A DNA stretch of 55,609 nucleotides from contig CBFIBN010000001.1 in NCBI GenBank assembly GCA_965660775.1, forward strand, positions 1 through 55,609, written 5' to 3'. The notes under the pieces were generated by a model. It did no database searches. It saw only the letters and a list, made by a program, of their open reading frames with translations, and was not told where the DNA came from. Positions within the stretch are counted from its first letter, which is position 1, and each line of letters opens with the position of its first letter. Made by a program: the position numbers and the translations under genes. This DNA is from Arenicellales bacterium (GTDB lineage: Bacteria; Pseudomonadota; Gammaproteobacteria; Arenicellales; UBA868). Positions 8,579 through 21,153 of this stretch are shown here, in pieces.

Positions 8579-10252
8579 ATGAGTTACCAGGCGCTCGCGC
8601 GAAAGTGGCGACCTCGCCGGTTCACTGACGTTGTTGGTCAGGCTCACGTGGTGGGGGCCCTGACCACGGCATTGGAGCAGAACCGGGTGCATCATGCCTT
8701 TCTCTTTACGGGCACTCGAGGTGTCGGAAAAACCACGCTGGCACGACTGCTGGCCAAAGCGCTCAATTGTGAGCAGGCGCCCTGCGCTGAGCCCTGTGGG
8801 GCGTGCCCGGCCTGCACTGGCGTTGACGAAGGTCGCTATATAGATTTGCTTGAAATCGATGCCGCCTCGAGGACTCGAATCGATGATACCCGAGAAATTC
8901 TGGACAACGTACAGTACGCCCCAACCCTGGGTCGCTATAAGGTCTATCTGATCGACGAGGTGCATATGTTGTCCGGACATAGTTTCAACGCCTTACTTAA
9001 GACGCTTGAAGAGCCTCCGTCGCATGTAAAATTTCTGTTGGCCACCACCGACCCACAGAAACTGCCACCGACGATTCTCTCACGCTGTTTACAGTTCAAT
9101 CTGCGTGTACTGAAGCCTGAAGAAATTACCGACCAACTGCAAAAGATAGCCAACGCAGAGGGAGTCCAGGCCGATGAAGTGGGGCTGGCAACCTTGGCCA
9201 GAGCGGCATCTGGCAGCATGCGCGATGCCTTGAGTCTATTGGATCAGGGGATTGTCTTTGGTAACGGCCGGGTTACCGGCGCCGAAGTACGCGAGATGCT
9301 CGGTATGATTGAGCAACAACAGGTTGATACGATATTACGGGCGCTGGCAGCGGCTGATGGGTCGACACTGATTGATACTGTGGCGCAAATGGCATCCCGC
9401 GCGATTGATTACATGGCAGCCCTTGATGACCTGTTATTGGTGCTGCACGACGTTTCGCTCTACCAGATATTGCCCGAGGCAGCATCAGCCAAGCAGGCGG
9501 ATACAGATTTGGTAGTGCATCTTGCCAGCACGATGACGAAGGAAGATGTGCAACTGTACTACCAGATTGGCATGTTAGGTAAACGAGATATGCTGCTTGC
9601 GCCAGATCCGGTATCGGGCTTTGAAATGACTTTGTTACGGATGCTGACTTTCCACCCAGCGGGTGAAGGTGGGGCAGGGTCGAGTGGTGAGTCGCCTGCC
9701 CAAAAGGCCCCGGCTCGTAAGCAGCGAACTCAAGGCCAAGATGTGGCCTCAGTTCCCACGGCTGGTGCTGCAGTCGATTCATCCCCCTCGGCTGAACCGG
9801 CTTCACGCCAGGGCCCGTCGCCCCCACCAGAAACCGACCTGGCCGACCCAGACCTGTGGGCTACGTTCGTAGACGACTCAGGGTTAAAAGGCGTGAGTCG
9901 GGAATTTGCCATGAATCTCTCGCCACGGAGCTACGATCCCCAAAAAAGGGTGTTGATCGTGTCGCTGAAACCCAATCTTGCCAAACTGCATAGTCAGTCC
10001 CGTCAGGCGTCTTTAGAGAATGCGTTTAGCCAGTTCAATGGCTCGCCAGTCAAGCTAAAATTGATTGAGGGAAGTGAAGAATCACCTGAGACCCCGACCC
10101 AGAACCGCGCCCGCCATGATTCCGAGGAAAAGGCCGAGGTCTACCAGACGTTAATGGAGGATCCGATGGTCAAGGATATTATGGAGCGGTTCGATGCAAC
10201 GGTGGTTCCGGACTCGGTACGCCCCGGCAAACAACAAGGGAGAAGTGAATGA
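8579..10252 (+). CDS. dnaX: DNA polymerase III subunit gamma/tau
   Basis: LARKWRP, Walker A GTRGVGKT, zinc Cys cluster, DEVHML and SRC motif. Confidence 0.97.
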   Translation: MSYQALARKWRPRRFTDVVGQAHVVGALTTALEQNRVHHAFLFTGTRGVGKTTLARLLAKALNCEQAPCAEPCGACPACTGVDEGRYIDLLEIDAASRTRIDDTREILDNVQYAPTLGRYKVYLIDEVHMLSGHSFNALLKTLEEPPSHVKFLLATTDPQKLPPTILSRCLQFNLRVLKPEEITDQLQKIANAEGVQADEVGLATLARAASGSMRDALSLLDQGIVFGNGRVTGAEVREMLGMIEQQQVDTILRALAAADGSTLIDTVAQMASRAIDYMAALDDLLLVLHDVSLYQILPEAASAKQADTDLVVHLASTMTKEDVQLYYQIGMLGKRDMLLAPDPVSGFEMTLLRMLTFHPAGEGGAGSSGESPAQKAPARKQRTQGQDVASVPTAGAAVDSSPSAEPASRQGPSPPPETDLADPDLWATFVDDSGLKGVSREFAMNLSPRSYDPQKRVLIVSLKPNLAKLHSQSRQASLENAFSQFNGSPVKLKLIEGSEESPETPTQNRARHDSEEKAEVYQTLMEDPMVKDIMERFDATVVPDSVRPGKQQGRSE

Positions 10253-10578
10253 AAGGACCTTTGGGCAATATCATGAAACAGGCTCAGGAGATGCAGGAGC
10301 AACTTAAGAGCGCGCAGGAAGAGCTTGCACATATTGAAGTCACCGGCGTCGCCGGCGGCGGTATGGTCGAGGTGATAATGACCTGCCGGCATGATATACG
10401 CCGGGTAAAGATAGATGACAACCTGTTTAGTGATGACAAAGAGGTTCTGGAGGACCTCGTGGCGGCCGCCGTGAATGATGCAGTTCGCCGGGTTGAGAGA
10501 ACAACTCAGGAAAAAATGGGCGGACTGGCGGCAGGGATGAATATCCCAGGCTTGAACCTGCCTGGCCTCAATGGCTGA
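10249..10578 (+). CDS. ybaB: Nucleoid-associated protein YbaB/EbfC
   Basis: [13 protein letters not shown] and [12 protein letters not shown]; located between dnaX and recR. Confidence 0.95.
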   Translation: MKGPLGNIMKQAQEMQEQLKSAQEELAHIEVTGVAGGGMVEVIMTCRHDIRRVKIDDNLFSDDKEVLEDLVAAAVNDAVRRVERTTQEKMGGLAAGMNIPGLNLPGLNG

Positions 10579-11191
10579 CGGCCATGCCATAGATCAACTT
10601 AAGCAGGCATTGCGTCGCCTGCCTGGTGTCGGGCCGAGGACCGCTCAACGGATGGCTTTTCACCTGCTTGAACGGGACCGCGAGGGTGGGCAGATTTTAG
10701 CTGATGCCCTGAGGGACGCGGTGTCGACCGTAAAACACTGCCAGCGTTGTAATAATTTCAGTGAGCAGGTGTTTTGCAGTATCTGCGAGTCAGGCAAACG
10801 CAACGAGACTCTACTTTGCGTCGTAGAGACTCCCGCCGATCTGGATACCATTGAGCAGGCAGGAGCCTATACCGGCTACTACTTTGTGTTAATGGGACAC
10901 TTGTCTCCGCTTGATGGCATCGGTCCAGACCAGTTGGGGGTCGAGCGGTTGTTGCAGGTCGTTTCTGAGCGAAGCGTTCAGGAGGTGATCCTGGGAACTA
11001 ACCTTACGGTTGAAGGCGAAGCGACAGCCGATTATCTATGCGACCTATTTGAAGACAAACCTTTGACGGTGAGTCGTCTGGCCCGTGGGGTCCCATCGGG
11101 GGGAGAGCTTGAGTACATGGACGCCAATACGCTAGCCCAGGCATTCAGTGATCGTCGTACTTTGCACCAGCATACGGTAGAGGAGTCCTGA
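10571..11191 (+). CDS. recR: Recombination mediator RecR
   Basis: [11 protein letters not shown] helix-hairpin-helix, C4 zinc finger and TOPRIM motif EGEATA. Confidence 0.97.
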   Translation: MADGHAIDQLKQALRRLPGVGPRTAQRMAFHLLERDREGGQILADALRDAVSTVKHCQRCNNFSEQVFCSICESGKRNETLLCVVETPADLDTIEQAGAYTGYYFVLMGHLSPLDGIGPDQLGVERLLQVVSERSVQEVILGTNLTVEGEATADYLCDLFEDKPLTVSRLARGVPSGGELEYMDANTLAQAFSDRRTLHQHTVEES

Positions 11192-11283
11192 GTCAGTTAA
11201 CGAATAGATTCCGGGCTCCAGCCGAGGACGGCTATCTGTAAAGGGCATCAGTCTAGACTCGCGCGAAGAGTGTTTTGTGATAA

Positions 11284-11412
11284 CCACCCCACCGTGATTA
11301 CCCTCCTCAATCGAACCGTAGCGGTCTTCGATAGAGTCCGCGCACGTGGCCCGGCCTCGTGGGAGAGTAGGCACACCTAAATTGAGGGGTGGCTGACGAG
11401 GTAGCCAGCTTT
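11284..11412 (+). ncRNA. Candidate structured small RNA of unknown family
   Basis: Intergenic between convergent recR and pyrC. Several nested stems, a promoter-like sequence upstream and a terminal hairpin (details in findings). Confidence 0.35.
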
Positions 11413-11465
11413 AAGCCGTTATCTGGGTTGTCCTACTGGCTTACATGAGGGTGTTTGGCGAAAAT

Positions 11466-12791
11466 TTAGTCCGACCTGGCAAATTCCAGGGCTCTACCAA
11501 AAACACCTGGCCGAATCCGGCCATTGTCGAAAACCACCTGGCCACCGACGATGGTGTGGCTGGGCCATCCGCTGAGTTCGCGGCCCGCGTAAGGGCTCCA
11601 AGCCGCGCGGCTGAACACTTCATTGTCACGAACTGGCCGTGTCGTTTCGATATCCACCAGTGCCAGATCTGCATCGAAACCCTCAGCTAGCTGCCCCTTG
11701 TTCTTAATACCGTATACCCGTGCCGGACCCGAACACATCCATTGCTGTACTTGGGCCAGAGTGCAATGTCCGGCCTGCATTGCCGTCAGCATCAAAGGCA
11801 ACGACGTTTCCACTCCGGGCATTCCAGCAGGAGAGTTGGGGTAGGGTTGGTTTTTTTCGGCCAACGTGTGTGGCGCATGGTCGGTGGCGATAATATCGAT
11901 GATGCCTTGATGAAGGCCAGACCATAGCCCTGATGCATTGGCTGGCTTGCGGATCGGGGGATTCATCTGCACTCGTGATCCTAACTGGGCGTAATCATCG
12001 GTATTGAGAAAAAGATGGTTGGGGATCACCTCGCAGGTTACCTGGTCGGCCTTGTGGCGGCGCAGCCGCTCGACTTCCTCTGAGGTCGAAAGATGGAGGA
12101 TATGCAGCCGTCGGCCATACTTTTCAGACAAAGCCAGCGCGCGCTCGGTCGCAATCAGGGCCGTTTGCGGGTCCCGTATTCGTGAGTGCAGCGCATAATC
12201 GGCGGCTTCACCTTCTTTTAACAGGGCTCGCATCCGATCCTGGATCCGGGTCTCATCCTCAGCGTGGACGGCAATTAGGCGTTGGCCATTGCCGAAAATG
12301 CGTTCCAAATGTTCTTGCTTGTCGACCAGTAAGTCACCGGTACTGGACCCCATAAAGATTTTGATACCACAGGCGGGGTGTACATTGTTGAGTGAGTCGA
12401 GGTTGTCGCAGGTAGCGCCGATAAAAAATCCGAAATTGGCGGCACAGCTTGAAGCCGCCCGGGCCAGTTTCCAATCCAGCTGTTCCTGGTCCGTGGTCGG
12501 GGGATTGCAGTTGGGCATCTCGAGGAAGCTGGTTACGCCGCCACGTACGGCAGCCCGTGACCCTGAAGCCAGATCCTCCTTATCTGTGGCGCCCGGCTCA
12601 CGAAAGTGTACCTGGGGATCGATAACGCCTGGTATTAGTAATCGGCCAGCGGCATCAAGGTGTTCGTGTCCCACAGCACTGATCATGTTATCAATTTTGG
12701 TGATACGCCCGTTTTGGCAAGCGACGTCGCCGGCAACAGTAGTGCCGTCAGGGTGGGCAATGGAGGCGTTGCGGATAACGAGATCGTACAT
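11466..12791 (-). CDS. pyrC: Dihydroorotase (long, type I-like amidohydrolase)
   Basis: DPQVHFREPG, EMPN, KIFMGSSTG, HAED, NPPIR, ATDHAPH and GFDADL. The ATG at 12791 is preferred as start. Confidence 0.85.
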   Translation of the reverse strand: MYDLVIRNASIAHPDGTTVAGDVACQNGRITKIDNMISAVGHEHLDAAGRLLIPGVIDPQVHFREPGATDKEDLASGSRAAVRGGVTSFLEMPNCNPPTTDQEQLDWKLARAASSCAANFGFFIGATCDNLDSLNNVHPACGIKIFMGSSTGDLLVDKQEHLERIFGNGQRLIAVHAEDETRIQDRMRALLKEGEAADYALHSRIRDPQTALIATERALALSEKYGRRLHILHLSTSEEVERLRRHKADQVTCEVIPNHLFLNTDDYAQLGSRVQMNPPIRKPANASGLWSGLHQGIIDIIATDHAPHTLAEKNQPYPNSPAGMPGVETSLPLMLTAMQAGHCTLAQVQQWMCSGPARVYGIKNKGQLAEGFDADLALVDIETTRPVRDNEVFSRAAWSPYAGRELSGWPSHTIVGGQVVFDNGRIRPGVFGRALEFARSD

Positions 12792-12861
12792 GGATTCGAG
12801 CGAGTCTAGAAAGATCACCCGTAGTGTACATCTCGAGCTGGTTCGAGGTCAGCGTCTACCC

Positions 12862-12889
12862 AAAAAAAACTGCGCCGGGGCGCGGTTTT
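12862..12889 (-). terminator. Intrinsic terminator downstream of dksA
   Basis: On the minus strand a GCGC-CCCG-GCGC hairpin is followed by AG and a T8 tract. Confidence 0.65.
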
Positions 12890-12913
12890 GTGAAAGCGTC
12901 AGGAAATAGCAGT

Positions 12914-13378
12914 TCAGGCGTTTTGCTTTTCGCGTATCTCACTGAGGGACTTGCAGTCGATGCACAGAGTTGCGGTGGGTCGGGCTTCGAGACGCTTGAT
13001 GCCAATGTCTACACCACATTCTTCGCAATACCCGTAATCGCCGGTATCAAGATCGGCGAGGGATTCATTGATTTTCTTAACCAGTTTGCGCTCACGATCC
13101 CGGGTGCGAAGCTCCAAAGAGCGGTCAGTTTCCTGGGTTGCGCGATCGTTAGGGTCAGGCAGGTTAATGGTCTCGTCCTGCATGGTCGTCACAGTGCGCT
13201 CAGTATCGTCTATCAGTTCATTTTTCCAGGCGTTGAGAATTTCCCGAAAATGCGTTACCTGAAGTTCATTCATATAACGTTCGCCCCGCTTGGGCCGATG
13301 CGGTTTAACTCCGTAGATCAGATCCACTTTAACTTTCTTCTTGGTGCTTGCCATTGGTTTACACTGGGCCTGCGACAT
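12914..13378 (-). CDS. dksA: RNA polymerase-binding transcription factor DksA
   Basis: Coiled-coil tip DPNDRA and zinc finger CEECG...LCIDC. Start is either 13378 or 13354. Confidence 0.95.
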   Translation of the reverse strand: MSQAQCKPMASTKKKVKVDLIYGVKPHRPKRGERYMNELQVTHFREILNAWKNELIDDTERTVTTMQDETINLPDPNDRATQETDRSLELRTRDRERKLVKKINESLADLDTGDYGYCEECGVDIGIKRLEARPTATLCIDCKSLSEIREKQNA

Positions 13379-13412
13379 GAGTCGAATGTGCCCGAAATTT
13401 GAAAGGCGCGGC

Positions 13413-13441
13413 AATCTAACAGTTTCCCGTAGTTCCCGCAA
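13413..13441 (-). promoter_or_regulatory. sigma70 promoter of dksA with GC-rich discriminator
   Basis: Minus strand reads TTGCGG-N17-TAGATT with an extended TG, followed by GCCGCGCC. Confidence 0.5.
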
Positions 13442-13476
13442 TACCGCGAGCCCTTTTAAGCAAGGACTAAATAGCG

Positions 13477-14085
13477 ATGATGCAGCTTCGATACTCACCG
13501 ACTTCGCCTTATGTGCGTAAAGTTAGCGTTTTGACGATAGAAACCGGCCTTAGTGGCCAGATAGACATAGTTTTAACCAATCCTTGGGATCCGCAAACAG
13601 ATCTGGGGGGTGCCAATCCGCTCGGTAAGGTGCCCGCCCTGATTACACCCGACGGGGTAGAGATATTTGATTCTCGAGTGATTTGTGAGCACCTTGACGC
13701 AATGCACGACGGCGAACCGTTTTTCCCGCTTGAGCCAAAAACCCGGTCGATAGCGCTTCGTCTTCAGGCGCTGGCAGATGGCATCCTGGATGCGGCGATT
13801 CTCCGGTTAATTGAGGAGCGTCGTCGGCCGGGAGAATACTGTTGGCCGGTGTGGCGTGATCGCCAGACTACGACAATGAATCGAAGCCTCGACTGGCTAG
13901 AAGAGCGGCGTTCGCTGCTGGATAGCCGGCTGACCATCGGCAGTATCGCAGTGGGGTGCATGCTTGGCTACCTCGATTTTCGGTACGCTGCTGAGAATTG
14001 GCGTGAAGGCCGCGATGGGTTGGCAAGCTGGTATTCAGCTTTCGCCCAAAGGCCATCGATGCACTCCACAGTGCCAGTGGAGTGA
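13477..14085 (+). CDS. Glutathione S-transferase family protein (YibF-like)
   Basis: SPTSPYVRKV, NPLGKVPAL, DSRVICEHLD and LGYLDFR. Confidence 0.9.
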   Translation: MMQLRYSPTSPYVRKVSVLTIETGLSGQIDIVLTNPWDPQTDLGGANPLGKVPALITPDGVEIFDSRVICEHLDAMHDGEPFFPLEPKTRSIALRLQALADGILDAAILRLIEERRRPGEYCWPVWRDRQTTTMNRSLDWLEERRSLLDSRLTIGSIAVGCMLGYLDFRYAAENWREGRDGLASWYSAFAQRPSMHSTVPVE

Positions 14086-14256
14086 TAAAGGTCCGATGTT
14101 AAGTCCAAGTCCGATATAATTCCCACTCAAGTTGATACGCTTAATTTCTTTACTTGCACGACCCCAGAAGCGGCTCACCGAGCTGCCCGGCGTAAGGGCT
14201 CCAAGCATTCGTCGGCCTGGCCATGTTTGGCTCGGGTCAGCCACCTGAAAGACCCG

Positions 14257-17200
14257 ATGCGCCTAAAAAGAATCCAAGTTTCTGGCTTCAAGTCCTTTGT
14301 CGATCCGACCGTTATAACTATTCCGGCCAACCTCACCGGTATCATTGGGCCTAACGGCTGCGGTAAATCCAACGTTATTGATGCGGTGCGCTGGGTAATG
14401 GGCGAAAGCTCGGCCCGTAAACTTCGCGGCGATAGCATGACTGACGTGATTTTTAACGGTTCTGAGGCACGTAAGCCTGTAGGCAAGGCATCGGTTGAGC
14501 TGGTTTTTGATAACACCGATGGCAAAACGCCACAGGCTTACGCGCGCTTCAGCGAGATCTCTGTTAAACGCACATTATCTCGTGATGGTGCGTCGGAGTA
14601 CCTGCTGAACAAGGCGCGTTGCCGTCGTCGGGATATCACTGACCTTTTTCGTGGCACAGGGCTTGGCCATCGGTCCTACTCGATTATTGAGCAGGGCATG
14701 GTCAGTCGGATCGTTGAGGCCCGGCCCGAGGATTTGCGGGCTTTTGTCGAGGAAGCCGCCGGCATTTCCCACTACAAGGACCGTCGTCGTGAGACCGAGA
14801 CTCGGATGCGCCATACCCGCGACAATCTCAGCCGGGTAGATGATATCCGTAAGGAGCTTGATACGCAGTTGCGTCGTTTACAACGACAGGCCCAGGCAGC
14901 ACGACGTTACCAGAAACTTAAAGATGAAGAGCGCGCGGTCAATGGCCAACTACTGGGGCTTCGTCATCTGGTAATGCAGTCGCAAATCGACGCCCAGTCT
15001 GCCCAGACGGCGCACGCGCAGACTGAGGTTGAGTCACACCTGGTTCATCAGCGAGCGTTGGAAAGCCGGATCGAGGGGGCTCGCGCTAACGAGATGAGTT
15101 CTCAACAGCAGGTCAGTGACCTACAGGCTGAATTTTATGCAGCCGGTGCTGATGTTGCCTCTGTTGAACAGGCAATTGAATATGCGCGTGAAACTGGTGA
15201 GCAACAGCGGGCCGAGTTCGAACGTCTGGAAACGGCTCTGACAGAGATTGGCGCCGAATCTCAACACGACGATCAACGCATTTTAGAACTCGAGGCAGAA
15301 GTGGTTTCGCGTCGGGACCAGCGTGAGGCGCATCTGGCCGTGCAGCGCCAATCTGCAACCCGCCAGGCTGAATCTGAACAGGCTTTGGATGCCTGGCAGG
15401 AGCACTGGAACGATTTCGCCCAATCTACAGCGACTCCGATAAAGGATCAGGAGGTGCAGCGATCACGCATCGAGCAGCTTGAATCTGCCGATCTTAAGGC
15501 GCAGCAGCGCCTCGCCCGCCTCGACCAGGAGTTGGTGGCGTTACTCGCTGAGGAGGAGGCGTTGGCGGTGGATAGCGCCCGTAGTGACGCGCGGCAGAGC
15601 GAGGTAGAAACCCGCGAATATGAAAGTCGTGTTGAGCAGGCCGCGCAGCAGATTAGCGAGTTGCGGCAAGAAATAGAAGGCCAGGTAACGGCAGTGGATC
15701 AGCAGCGCCAGCAGATGCATGCAGCCCGCAGCCGTCTTCAGTCGCTACAGGAATTGCAGGAAGCATCGCTGGGACGGGATGATGAGTATGCCGATTGGCT
15801 GGAGCGCAGAGGCCTTTCGCATGCCCCGGTGCTTGCCGGCGAAATCCGCGTTGCTAAAGGTTGGGAGCGTGCTGCTGATGCGGTGCTCGGCCCGCGCCTG
15901 ACTGGGTTGGGCGTTGGCGATCTTGATGGGGCCCTGGCGCATGAGGCAGAACTGCCCCGGCGGGATTTATTCCTGGTCCAATCGGGCTCGTCATCTGCAC
16001 TGGGTGCTGCAAATACCCTGCTGGCGCAGCTGCATTGCGCGCGCTATGACCTTGGCTCCCTGCTAAGTGGAGTGTATGTGGCCGATGACCTGGCCGAGGC
16101 ACTCACCCGCCGCGCAACCCTCGATCCAGGTGAGTGTGTGGTGACCCGTGACGGGGTAATCGTTGGGACGAACTGGGCCCGGGCGCCACATGGACGCGCC
16201 TTGGGAGACGGGCTTTTGGAGCGGGAAGAGGAAATCACGCGCTTGCAACAAAGTGTTACCACTTTGGTAGACGATACAGTGCAATATGAACAGTTGTTTG
16301 AAAGCTTGCGTGAGACTTTGCGCGACCTGGAACAAAAGCACGAGTCCAGCCAGAAAGCACTCAATGACAAGCTGGAAACCCAGACGATGATCCGTCAGGT
16401 GCTTTCGGAAAAGGATGCACGATTTTCACAAATCGAAGCTCGCCGCGAACAGATGACCGCAGAGACTGACGAGATAATGACCGAACTGACCGGGACGGGT
16501 GCAGCTCTGGACGAGGCTCAACGGCATTTTGCTATTGCTGAAGACGAGACCGGGGTGCTCGAAGAAAAACGCCTGGCATTGTTAAATGAAAAAGAAACAC
16601 TCACGAAAGCTTTGGCGGGCGCCCGCACCGATACCCAGGCGGCTCGAGAAAAATTGCACGACACGGAGCTGGCCCTGCAGCATAGCCAGGCATCTCTGGA
16701 TTCATTGAAATCCAGTCTCAACCGTCTCGAGGTACAGGGCGGCCGCATGCGTGCGCGTCATCAGGAACTCAAGATCCAACTGGCCAAAGGAGATGATCCT
16801 GGAGAGGCGCTGAATGCCCGCTTGAAGACTTTGCTCGACCAGCGGGCATTGTCAGAAAGTCAACTGGCCGATACTCGCAATGCGCATGCAGCTATTGAAG
16901 AACAGATCCGTGATCTGCAGGGGGGCTTGTCCGAGTGTGAACAGGAGGCAGCCACCGCGCGCGATGCGCTCGAAGGTGAGCGGTTGCAGGCACAGGAGCT
17001 ATCAGTGCGCTCGGAAACTCTGCTGGAACAGATTAATGCCAGTAACTATCAACTAGAGGAGATTCTAGCAAGCTTGCCTGACCAGGCCGTTGAGGCCAAC
17101 TGGCTTGTACGATCCGAAAAGCTGGCTCAGAAGATTGACAATATTGGGCCGGTGAACCTGATTGCGATAGAAGAGTACGAGGAGCAGGCTCAGCGCAAGG

Positions 17201-17757
17201 AATATTTGGATACACAACACGCTGACTTGATTGAAGCGTTAGATACACTTAGCGGCGTCATACGCAAGATCGACCGCGAGACTCGCGAACGTTTCAAGGC
17301 TACTTTTGACGCCTTAAATGAAGGATTTGCCGAGTTCTTCCCGCAGATGTTTGGAGGCGGCAGCGCGGTCCTGGCATTGACCGATGAGGACATGTTATCC
17401 GCGGGAGTCACGGTTATGGCGCGGCCTCCGGGCAAACGAAACAGCACCATACACCTCCTGTCGGGGGGTGAAAAAGCGCTGACCGCGGTCGCGTTACTAT
17501 TTGCCTTGTTCCGGCTGAATCCGGCACCTTTTTGCATTCTTGACGAGGTGGATGCACCACTGGATGATCGTAACGTTGAGCGGTATGGTCAGACACTGCG
17601 TAGTCTGGCGGAGGTATCGCAACTGGTGGTAATCACTCACAACAAAATCACCATGGAATCGACTGATATTTTACTCGGCGTAACCATGGTGGAGCCGGGT
17701 GTCTCATCTATCGTCTCGGTCGATGTCGACGAGGCCGTTCGGTTGGCGGCACGGTAA
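14257..17757 (+). CDS. smc: Chromosome segregation protein SMC
   Basis: GFKSF, Walker A GPNGCGKSN, long coiled coils with a hinge, LSGGEK signature and LDEVDAPLD. Confidence 0.97.
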   Translation: MRLKRIQVSGFKSFVDPTVITIPANLTGIIGPNGCGKSNVIDAVRWVMGESSARKLRGDSMTDVIFNGSEARKPVGKASVELVFDNTDGKTPQAYARFSEISVKRTLSRDGASEYLLNKARCRRRDITDLFRGTGLGHRSYSIIEQGMVSRIVEARPEDLRAFVEEAAGISHYKDRRRETETRMRHTRDNLSRVDDIRKELDTQLRRLQRQAQAARRYQKLKDEERAVNGQLLGLRHLVMQSQIDAQSAQTAHAQTEVESHLVHQRALESRIEGARANEMSSQQQVSDLQAEFYAAGADVASVEQAIEYARETGEQQRAEFERLETALTEIGAESQHDDQRILELEAEVVSRRDQREAHLAVQRQSATRQAESEQALDAWQEHWNDFAQSTATPIKDQEVQRSRIEQLESADLKAQQRLARLDQELVALLAEEEALAVDSARSDARQSEVETREYESRVEQAAQQISELRQEIEGQVTAVDQQRQQMHAARSRLQSLQELQEASLGRDDEYADWLERRGLSHAPVLAGEIRVAKGWERAADAVLGPRLTGLGVGDLDGALAHEAELPRRDLFLVQSGSSSALGAANTLLAQLHCARYDLGSLLSGVYVADDLAEALTRRATLDPGECVVTRDGVIVGTNWARAPHGRALGDGLLEREEEITRLQQSVTTLVDDTVQYEQLFESLRETLRDLEQKHESSQKALNDKLETQTMIRQVLSEKDARFSQIEARREQMTAETDEIMTELTGTGAALDEAQRHFAIAEDETGVLEEKRLALLNEKETLTKALAGARTDTQAAREKLHDTELALQHSQASLDSLKSSLNRLEVQGGRMRARHQELKIQLAKGDDPGEALNARLKTLLDQRALSESQLADTRNAHAAIEEQIRDLQGGLSECEQEAATARDALEGERLQAQELSVRSETLLEQINASNYQLEEILASLPDQAVEANWLVRSEKLAQKIDNIGPVNLIAIEEYEEQAQRKEYLDTQHADLIEALDTLSGVIRKIDRETRERFKATFDALNEGFAEFFPQMFGGGSAVLALTDEDMLSAGVTVMARPPGKRNSTIHLLSGGEKALTAVALLFALFRLNPAPFCILDEVDAPLDDRNVERYGQTLRSLAEVSQLVVITHNKITMESTDILLGVTMVEPGVSSIVSVDVDEAVRLAAR

Positions 17758-17758
17758 A

Positions 17759-18946
17759 ATGAGCCTGCAAATGGCATTGATAACGCTGGGCCTGGTGGTA
17801 TTGGGCGTGATTGCCGCACTGTCATTTCTTAAGCGCCGCACAACACCGGCATCCTGGCTGGCGGGACTGCGCGCCGGTATCGCATCACAAGCTGCAAATC
17901 TTCGGTGGCCAGTGGCACTCAATTTTGTCCACCCTGATCGCTTGGTTAACCGGGTGCGTCAGCGTGAGCCATCATTAATGGCATCCCATGATTTCGAGAG
18001 GCAGCCAAGCGCCCGACTGAAAGGGGACGATTTGAAGGCAACCGACCAAGCCACTCCAGTCGACAGTTCAGTTGAGCACCCCAGCGAACCGACCCGTGTA
18101 CTTGATTCTGAGATTGGCTCTGCACCGATCAAGATCGACTACTGGGTGCGTTTGCCTGGACAGACTCCGGTAACCCGTGATCTTGCCTTGTCGGTTTTCC
18201 GTGAGCACGAGATTAACCTATCGCATCCAAGGGCGATTCATGGTCGTACGGAGCCGGGTAACGCCTGGCTTGATCTGCAGGATACCCCGGCCGGAGAGAT
18301 CTTTACCGACTTGATTATCAGTGTGCAAATGGCAGATCCGGATCGCTCTGTCGATGAATCGGAGCTGACCCGTTTTAACAATCTGGCCTATGCTCTCGCA
18401 GAGGCCCTGGATCGACCGCTACAGTTTGAATCCAGCATTGAAGAGGCCCTGCCCGAGGCAGCTCGGCTGGAAAGATTTTGCCGCCAGTTTGACCTGCTGG
18501 CGGTTATCAATATTGAGCCAGAACCCGGCGCCGGGTTTTCCGGGCCCGACGTGGCACGGGTGGCGGAGCGTGCCGGTATGCGCCTGGGTGAGCAGGATAT
18601 CTTCCATTTCTTTGATTCACGAACCGGTGTCAGCCGATTTGGGCTCGCCAATCAGTGTGAACCAGGGAGTTTTAGTTATGCAGATCTGGAATCAGGCATG
18701 TTAAGAGGTTTGGCGCTGTTTATGAATATACCGCGGGTCGAACATCCAACCCGGACTTTTACCGAGCTCAGGTCGGTTGCGCAGTATGTTTCAACCGAGC
18801 TTAACGGTTCACTGGTAGACCCGGATGGGGCGACCCTTTCATCTGCACAATTCGATTCGATTCGTCGACAGATTCAATCGATCGAGTCGTCCATGAAGAA
18901 GTATGGAGTGGAGCCGGGCTCGGATGAAGCCCGGCGCTTGTTCTGA
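17759..18946 (+). CDS. zipA: Cell division protein ZipA-like (N-terminal membrane anchor, C-terminal FtsZ-binding domain)
   Basis: N-terminal transmembrane helix, a low-complexity linker and a C-terminus ending PGSDEARRLF; smc-zipA-ligA synteny. Confidence 0.75.
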   Translation: MSLQMALITLGLVVLGVIAALSFLKRRTTPASWLAGLRAGIASQAANLRWPVALNFVHPDRLVNRVRQREPSLMASHDFERQPSARLKGDDLKATDQATPVDSSVEHPSEPTRVLDSEIGSAPIKIDYWVRLPGQTPVTRDLALSVFREHEINLSHPRAIHGRTEPGNAWLDLQDTPAGEIFTDLIISVQMADPDRSVDESELTRFNNLAYALAEALDRPLQFESSIEEALPEAARLERFCRQFDLLAVINIEPEPGAGFSGPDVARVAERAGMRLGEQDIFHFFDSRTGVSRFGLANQCEPGSFSYADLESGMLRGLALFMNIPRVEHPTRTFTELRSVAQYVSTELNGSLVDPDGATLSSAQFDSIRRQIQSIESSMKKYGVEPGSDEARRLF

Positions 18947-18988
18947 GCCGAGCCTGTCAAATGAAGGAGGAATGATCTTGTGCCGTGA

Positions 18989-21031
<2,043 letters not shown>

Positions 21032-21153
21032 TCTTGGGATACCAGGACGTGGTTACGCCTGCGGTAGAATCCCAGCCCGTCACTTTTCCTCATTCAAACC
21101 AGGGACGACTGTGTCAACGTTTCCTGATTCCCACGGACAGCTAAGGAGTACAG

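Noticed and set aside
9941-9950. AAAAAAG run in dnaX resembling the E. coli -1 frameshift site that produces the gamma subunit
   Set aside because: In the dnaX frame it reads CAA AAA AGG, not A AAA AAG, so the slippery heptamer is out of phase.
12824-13402. 192-aa plus-strand ORF antisense to dksA, and the many similar shadow ORFs across the window
   Set aside because: They lie antisense to, or out of frame within, well-supported genes and show no protein motifs.
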